A DNA stretch of 33,154 bases from Thermodesulfobacteriota bacterium (GTDB lineage: Bacteria > Desulfobacterota > Desulfobacteria > Desulfobacterales > UBA11574), in NCBI GenBank assembly GCA_034658755.1, contig JAYEFV010000312.1, forward strand, positions 1 to 33,154, written 5' to 3'. Position 1 is the stretch's first letter; every line of letters begins with the position of its first letter. Position numbers and translations under genes: made by a program. The notes under the pieces were generated by a model, which did not search any database, was not told the DNA's origin, and worked only from the letters and a program-made list of their open reading frames with translations. This document shows positions 28,074-33,154 of the stretch, in pieces.

Positions 28074-28538
28074 CTAATCCGTCATCGCGGTGTCTATCCT
28101 ATCAAACTTATCCAATCGACGCTGGTGCCGTCCGCCTTCAAAGGGTGTTTCAAGCCAGGCTTTCACTATCTCCACGGCAAGTATATCTCCCACAACACGA
28201 GCGCCTAAAACCAGTATATTCGAATTGTTATGGCGTTTGCTCATAATAGAGGAAAAAAGATCCGTACACAGAGCCGCTCTGACATGAGGAAATTTGTTGG
28301 CAACCATTGACATACCGATTCCGGTACCGCACATGAGTATCCCGCGCTCAAACTTACCCACTGAAACCATAGACGCAACTTTGATTCCAAAATCAGGATA
28401 ATCGACCGAATCTTCACTATAGCAGCCTGCATCTTCGACATCAATACCTCTTTCAATAAGGAATACTTTAACCTTTTCCTTCAAATCATAAGCTGCATGG
28501 TCACTTCCGATAATAATAGGTGTTTTCTTTTCCGGCAT
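28074..28538 (-). CDS. rpiB: Ribose-5-phosphate isomerase B
   Basis: IGSDHA, SVDYPD, CGTGIGMS..ANK, HNNSN, FEGGRHQRR. Confidence 0.96.
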   Translation of the reverse strand: MPEKKTPIIIGSDHAAYDLKEKVKVFLIERGIDVEDAGCYSEDSVDYPDFGIKVASMVSVGKFERGILMCGTGIGMSMVANKFPHVRAALCTDLFSSIMSKRHNNSNILVLGARVVGDILAVEIVKAWLETPFEGGRHQRRLDKFDRIDTAMTD

Positions 28539-28559
28539 TGCTTTATCCTGGCATTGGAA

Positions 28560-28736
28560 TTATTCGGTTTCAATAACAGTGCGGCCTTTGTAAGTACCGC
28601 AACTGGGGCAAGCATGGTGTGGAAGCCGGGCATCACCGCACTGGGGACAGCTCGTCAGGTTAGGGCCCGCAATTTTCTGATGAGTCCTTCTTTTATCCCG
28701 CTTTGATTTTGATTTTTTTCGTTTTGGTACAGCCAT
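28560..28736 (-). CDS. rpmF: 50S ribosomal protein L32 (zinc-ribbon form); not in the ORF track
   Basis: Manual translation MAVPKRKKSKSKRDKRRTHQKIAGPNLTSCPQCGDARLPHHACPSCGTYKGRTVIETE* (58 aa); AAGGAGA RBS. Confidence 0.97.
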   Translation of the reverse strand: MAVPKRKKSKSKRDKRRTHQKIAGPNLTSCPQCGDARLPHHACPSCGTYKGRTVIETE

Positions 28737-28805
28737 AAGTTCTCCTTTAAAAAATTATTTTTATATATTATTTTCAAATCATTCTCCTGTTTCAAGGTTG
28801 AAGTT

Positions 28806-28834
28806 TAACTAAGTGAAATAATAAGGACTGTCAA
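28806..28834 (-). promoter_or_regulatory. Putative sigma-70 promoter for the rpmF-nusB run
   Basis: TTGACA-N17-TAGTTA on the - strand, ~70 nt upstream of rpmF; -10 box imperfect. Confidence 0.45.
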
Positions 28835-28894
28835 GATATTTTACATTTTATCATCAGTGGGCTCCATAAGTTGTTGAGAAGTTAAACAGAAACT

Positions 28895-29130
28895 TAGTTC
28901 GCTTCGCTCACAATTGGGATGTTGGAATACTGGAATGCTGGAATAATGGGTTTTGGAATGCTGGTGCAATGGTTTATTGGGAGAATGTACCTGACAAAAA
29001 TATAAAAAAACAGGGAATTTCCTTTAAAAAACATCATTCCAATATTCCATTATTCCATGTATAGGACAAAAACTTCATTTTCCTAAAACCCCTTTAACTT
29101 AAATAAGTTGTAGAAATTCCGAAACGTTTA
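28895..29130. repeat. ~235-bp repeat element with inverted arms built of 8-nt TGGAATNN units
   Basis: TGGAATACTGGAATGCTGGAATAATG (~28923-28948) is complementary to CATCATTCCAATATTCCATTATTCCA (29032-29057). Partial copies at 1277-1376 and 16924-17135. Confidence 0.8.
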
Positions 29131-31314
29131 ATTATCCATAAGCCTGGATGCAAGACCGGAAAGACGCTCTGTGGGTTTGTTGTTTCTGAGGGCAATGTTC
29201 AGGGCTTTTTTTGTACCCACAAGAATTACCAAAGTTTTTCCCCTTGTCATTGCAGTGTATAACAGGTTCCTTTGCAAAAGAACAAAATGCTGGGTCATTA
29301 TTGGCAATATTACAGCGGGGTATTCCGATCCCTGAGACTTGTGCACCGATATGGCATACGCCAGGGATATTTCATCCATTTCAGTAAAATCGTAAGTTAC
29401 AATTCTGCCATAGAAGTTCACCGAGAGTTGCTTTTCTTTTCTGTCAACGGAGTTTATGATTCCGATATCTCCGTTGAAAACCTCCTTTTGGTAATTATTT
29501 TTCAGGTGCATGATTTTGTCGCCGGTTTTGAACGTACTGCCCATGGCTTCAATCATAACCGGGTTTGGGTTCAAGACCTTTTGAAGAACCTGGTTGAGGT
29601 TGGTCGTTCCGATCACGCCTTTGTGCATCGGGGTTAGAACCTGAATTTCATACATAGGATCAAAGTCAAAACGCTCAGGGATGGTTCTGGCACATAATTC
29701 AATAATTGTGGACACTACCTTGTTTTGATTATTTTGTTCCATGAAGCAGAACTCGGAAAGACCGTCCGAATCATCCAGAGGTTTCAGAACCGGAGATTCC
29801 CCTCGCCGTACCCTGTGAGCATTCACAACGATAGGACTTTCATGGGCCTGTCTGAAAATTTTTTTAAGATAAAAAACCGGTAGTAGTTTCGATTTGATCA
29901 TATCGGCAAGCACATTGCCGGGGCCAACGGATGGAAGTTGAAAAATGTCACCAACCAGTATCAGTACAGAGGTCATTGGAAGCGCCTTTATCAGATGATA
30001 CATTAAAAAGGTGTCGACCATGGAAGCTTCATCAATGATCATTGCATCTGCATCGAGAGGATTATCCGGGTTTTTTTCGAAAAGACCCTCTTTGAAATTA
30101 AATCCAAGCAATTTGTGAATGGTTTTTGCCTTGCTTCGGGTAACCTCGGATAGCCGCCGGGCTGCCCGTCCGGTAGGCGCCGCAAGAAGAACATGTTTTC
30201 CTAACACTGAAAAGACGGCATTAATAGATCTTATTAGGGTTGTTTTGCCTGTTCCCGGTCCTCCGGTTATGATAACCGCTCGATGGGAAAGTATCTCTTC
30301 AAGGGCATTAAGCTGTTCGGAAGAGAGGGTTATGGCAAGTTTGTTTTGAACTTCTTTTGCAATACGTTCCGCGTTTATACCGGATGCTGTCACGGGAACA
30401 GATAACAGGGCTTTAAGTCTGTTTGCTATACCGATTTCCGCCTGATGAATTTCTTTCAGATAAACAATTTTTTTGTCTGGGTCGCCCGGTGCACTTTCAA
30501 TAACAAGTTCTCCGGCAGTAAAAAGCCTATCGATTTCATTCAGGGTTACTCCAGGCGTTATCCGGAAAAGATTTTTGCAGTGATCAACAATTTGATCTTG
30601 GTAAGCAAAAACATCTCCTTGATTTATAACTTGTTGTATTACATGGAGAATGCATGCCATCACCCGCCGGGGGTGGTCTTTTTCAATACCCAGCTTCTGA
30701 GCGACGGTATCGGCGAAATAGAAACCTATGCCGGGGATATCGGTTGTCATACAAAAAGGGTCTTTGCTTATGATGTTGACAGCGTCCGGGCCATATTCCT
30801 TGAGTATTTTTGCACAATAAGAGGTTTGGACACCCATTTTTTGCAAAAACTGCATTAAACTTCTCGCAACATGATGGTCTTTCCAGGCATTACATATTAA
30901 CGCTGCTTTCGCCTTTCCGATAGCTTTAACTTCCAGCAGTTTCTCAGGTTCTTTTTCTATTATTTCAAAAGTTTTTGCTCCGAAACAGCTGACGATCCGA
31001 TTGGCCATTGAAGGCCCGATTCCTTTGATAATGCCGGATTCCAGGTATTTTCTAATACCATCTATTGTTGCCGGCAAAACAACTTCATACGACGCAATTT
31101 TAAATTGCTGGCCATATCTGGGATGGATTTCCCAGATCCCTTTAATTTTAAGGGGTTGGCCCGGATTGACCGCCGCCATTGTGCCGACGATTGTTACGAT
31201 ATTATGGGTTTTGCTGGTTTTTAGCTTTGCAATGGTATAATGGTTTTCAACGTTGAAATAGGTGATTCTTTCCAGACATCCTTCGATGGTGTTTATGGGA
31301 AGGGATTTTTTCAT
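29128..31314 (-). CDS. recD2: ATP-dependent RecD2-type SF1B DNA helicase
   Basis: N-terminal OB-like (HPRYGQQF) and HhH (IKGIGP) regions, Walker A GGPGTGKTT, APTGRAA, DEASM, QLPSVGPG, AYAISVHKSQGSEY, LLYTAMTR. Confidence 0.95.
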   Translation of the reverse strand: MKKSLPINTIEGCLERITYFNVENHYTIAKLKTSKTHNIVTIVGTMAAVNPGQPLKIKGIWEIHPRYGQQFKIASYEVVLPATIDGIRKYLESGIIKGIGPSMANRIVSCFGAKTFEIIEKEPEKLLEVKAIGKAKAALICNAWKDHHVARSLMQFLQKMGVQTSYCAKILKEYGPDAVNIISKDPFCMTTDIPGIGFYFADTVAQKLGIEKDHPRRVMACILHVIQQVINQGDVFAYQDQIVDHCKNLFRITPGVTLNEIDRLFTAGELVIESAPGDPDKKIVYLKEIHQAEIGIANRLKALLSVPVTASGINAERIAKEVQNKLAITLSSEQLNALEEILSHRAVIITGGPGTGKTTLIRSINAVFSVLGKHVLLAAPTGRAARRLSEVTRSKAKTIHKLLGFNFKEGLFEKNPDNPLDADAMIIDEASMVDTFLMYHLIKALPMTSVLILVGDIFQLPSVGPGNVLADMIKSKLLPVFYLKKIFRQAHESPIVVNAHRVRRGESPVLKPLDDSDGLSEFCFMEQNNQNKVVSTIIELCARTIPERFDFDPMYEIQVLTPMHKGVIGTTNLNQVLQKVLNPNPVMIEAMGSTFKTGDKIMHLKNNYQKEVFNGDIGIINSVDRKEKQLSVNFYGRIVTYDFTEMDEISLAYAISVHKSQGSEYPAVILPIMTQHFVLLQRNLLYTAMTRGKTLVILVGTKKALNIALRNNKPTERLSGLASRLMDN

Positions 31315-31326
31315 AAGAATTAATGA

Positions 31327-31914
31327 CTACTTATTAAGGGCAAGGATCCAGCCAACCGCTTCTAAAAGATCCCTGGCGATAAGGTCGGGATAGATTGCTT
31401 TTTCTTTAAGAATCTTTTCAGCTTTGCTTCCGTTGCCTGTTTTTACCAGAACAGCGTGTCCGCATCCGGCATTCCGGGCACATTCAATATCCTTAGCACT
31501 ATCGCCAATCATGACCGAGGTTGCGATATCGATCCGGTATTTCTGCTTGGCCTTAAAAATCAGTCCCGGACTTGGTTTTCGGCAGTTACATCTGTCTTCC
31601 GGTACATGCGGGCAAAAAAATATATCTTTTATTTGGCCGCCTTTGGATGTGACGGTTTCTTTCATCATGGTATGCATGTAATCCAGCATTTTTCCGGTTA
31701 CCATCTTGCGATTGATAACCGATTGGTTTGTAATAACAATAGTGGCGAATCCATTTAAAGTCAGTAGCTTTATCGCCTCTAAACTTCCGGGTAGAAACTC
31801 AAATTCAGACCAGCTTTTGATGTAATCCGGGGAATCCAGGTTAATAACGCCGTCCCGGTCTAGAAAAACAACTTTTCGGAGTATTTCTTTTTCAATTGTC
31901 TTCTGCAATTGCAA
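31327..31914 (-). CDS. gmhB: D-glycero-D-manno-heptose 1,7-bisphosphate phosphatase (HAD IIIA)
   Basis: FLDRDGVIN, ITNQS, CPH....CNCRKP, MIGD...D; start codon uncertain (TTG, overlaps rlpA). Confidence 0.88.
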   Translation of the reverse strand: MQLQKTIEKEILRKVVFLDRDGVINLDSPDYIKSWSEFEFLPGSLEAIKLLTLNGFATIVITNQSVINRKMVTGKMLDYMHTMMKETVTSKGGQIKDIFFCPHVPEDRCNCRKPSPGLIFKAKQKYRIDIATSVMIGDSAKDIECARNAGCGHAVLVKTGNGSKAEKILKEKAIYPDLIARDLLEAVGWILALNK

Positions 31915-32668
31915 AGGCGTCCTTAAACCCGTTTTGAATCATAAATTCTTCACGTTGAATTGCCTGTTCCAGGGAGGAGCATCTGCCCACCCTCACCCGG
32001 TATAAAGCACTATAACCATTATAACATATTGTTATATAGATATTTTTATATGATTGGCCAAGTTTTTGTTTCAGTCTTTGAGCGTTTTTCAATTCACTGA
32101 ATGCACCGATTTGAACGGTAAATTTTCCTTGATAATAATTTCCTGGAATATAGGATCGATCGGTGCTGCCGTCTAATTTTGGCTGAGCAATAGTACCGAG
32201 TGCGACGATTTCAACCTTAGCCGTACCCGGACCGACAATTCCAAGTTTTTTTGCGGCAGTGTAAGAAAGGTCAAGGATCCTACCACGGACAAAAGGACCC
32301 CGGTCGTTGATTCTGACATCAATCTTCCTGTTGTTTTGTAGATTACGTACGGTAAGATAAGTTCCCAAGGGGAGGGTTTTGTGAGCAGCTGTCATGGCAT
32401 ACATGTTGTAAATTTCGCCGTTGGCTGTCTTCCTGCCGTGAAATTTTCCGCCGTACCAGGAAGCCATTCCGCGTTGGCTGAAACCTCGTGCGTGCGGCAG
32501 TGGTTTGTACCAATTTTTCCCAATTTTGTAGGGCTTGGGATGCCCTGGAGGTGTTGGGGGAGGCGTTACTGTTGTACACCCATAAAAAAGAAATACCGGC
32601 AGACTGCAAAAAACAAGAAATTTGCCAATTAAAGGGAAATGTATTTTTAATAATTGAATGGCCATCAT
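31892..32668 (-). CDS. rlpA: Septal ring lytic transglycosylase RlpA-family lipoprotein with SPOR domain
   Basis: Lipobox-like FYGC, GMASWYG..FHGRKTANGE, TAAHKTLP, INDRGPF...RILDLS, SPOR-like VQIGAF...YRVRVG. Confidence 0.93.
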   Translation of the reverse strand: MMAIQLLKIHFPLIGKFLVFCSLPVFLFYGCTTVTPPPTPPGHPKPYKIGKNWYKPLPHARGFSQRGMASWYGGKFHGRKTANGEIYNMYAMTAAHKTLPLGTYLTVRNLQNNRKIDVRINDRGPFVRGRILDLSYTAAKKLGIVGPGTAKVEIVALGTIAQPKLDGSTDRSYIPGNYYQGKFTVQIGAFSELKNAQRLKQKLGQSYKNIYITICYNGYSALYRVRVGRCSSLEQAIQREEFMIQNGFKDAFAIAEDN

Positions 32669-32755
32669 TATTTTTCGAATGCAATTTTCAAAACATCCTG
32701 CATTCTTTCTACAAATCGGAAACAGATTTTATTCAGAGCTAAATTGTGCGATTTT

Positions 32756-33154
32756 TTACTCGATCTGCACCTTGTATGTTTTATTACGCGTGAGCTTGGC
32801 AAGTCGAATCTGGAGAAATCCGTTTGAATATGACGCAGAAACTATTTCAGGATCAATGGGCGCAGGAAGATGCAGGATTCGCTCAAAATTACCGTACTGG
32901 ATTTCCGCCAGTCTGTAGCTAGCGTTTTCTATGCGGGTGCATTCAGAACGCTTACCAAAAATTTTGACAGATTTAGTGCTGATTTCAAGTTCCAGATCCT
33001 CTTTATTAACACCGGCGATTTCACCCAGGATAATTATTTCGTCCGGGGTTTCATAAATATCCATTTGAGGCCTCCAGTTTCGTTCTGCTATCGTAAACAA
33101 GGGGGTTATGGACTTGAATATATCCTCAACTGTTTTTTCGAACCTGGCACCGAG
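32756..33154 (-). CDS. Hsp20/alpha-crystallin small heat-shock protein (5' end beyond window)
   Basis: WRPQMDIYET, EIQYGNFER...LP, ASYSNGFLQI.L.K. The frame stays open upstream of 33100 to the window edge (LGARFEKTVEDIFKSITP). Confidence 0.9.
   Translation of the reverse strand, partial: LGARFEKTVEDIFKSITPLFTIAERNWRPQMDIYETPDEIIILGEIAGVNKEDLELEISTKSVKIFGKRSECTRIENASYRLAEIQYGNFERILHLPAPIDPEIVSASYSNGFLQIRLAKLTRNKTYKVQIE

Noticed and set aside
28497-28706. 69-aa + strand ORF
   Set aside because: Antisense to rpmF and the start of rpiB.
28915-29060. CRISPR array in the TGGAAT repeats
   Set aside because: Units are 8 nt and contiguous with no unique spacers; no cas genes.
29128-33154. recD2-gmhB-rlpA-Hsp20 as a defence or novel system
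   Set aside because: All are recognisable housekeeping families; no nuclease, toxin or unknown partner gene is present.

Overview
Mostly housekeeping DNA of moderate-to-low GC. Gene content and order suggest a sulfate-reducing Desulfobacterota (Desulfobacterales-like) bacterium; this is an inference. Left part, mainly + strand: MltD-like lytic transglycosylase; sirC-ccsA/hemX-like-hemA-fabD; dksA-PHP(YciV/TrpH-like)-rnc-radical SAM; DUF3786-like (-); trxA-trxB-bamD; rpmB. Next, on the - strand: ispG-proS(archaeal/eukaryote-type)-rel. A three-gene + strand block follows: a tandem C-x30-CQLG domain protein, a Zn-ribbon/PilZ protein under a sigma-54-type promoter, and an orphan nucleotide-sugar dehydrogenase. 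The rest is a long - strand run: Hsp20 (truncated by the window edge), rlpA, gmhB, recD2, rpmF (58 aa, missing from the ORF track), rpiB, glyA, dCMP deaminase, nrdR, ribD, ribE, ribBA, ribH, nusB and an MBL hydrolase. I found no rRNA, tRNA, CRISPR array, transposase, prophage or riboswitch. The most unusual signals are (i) a dense set of small non-coding repeat/MITE families, several nested and four starting at host stop codons, (ii) rpmF abutting rpiB without the plsX-fab-acpP block, (iii) an uncharacterised radical SAM gene clustered with RNase III and an RNase AM-like PHP gene, and (iv) the uncharacterised + strand block. I cannot demonstrate a clearly new biological system; the findings are candidates.
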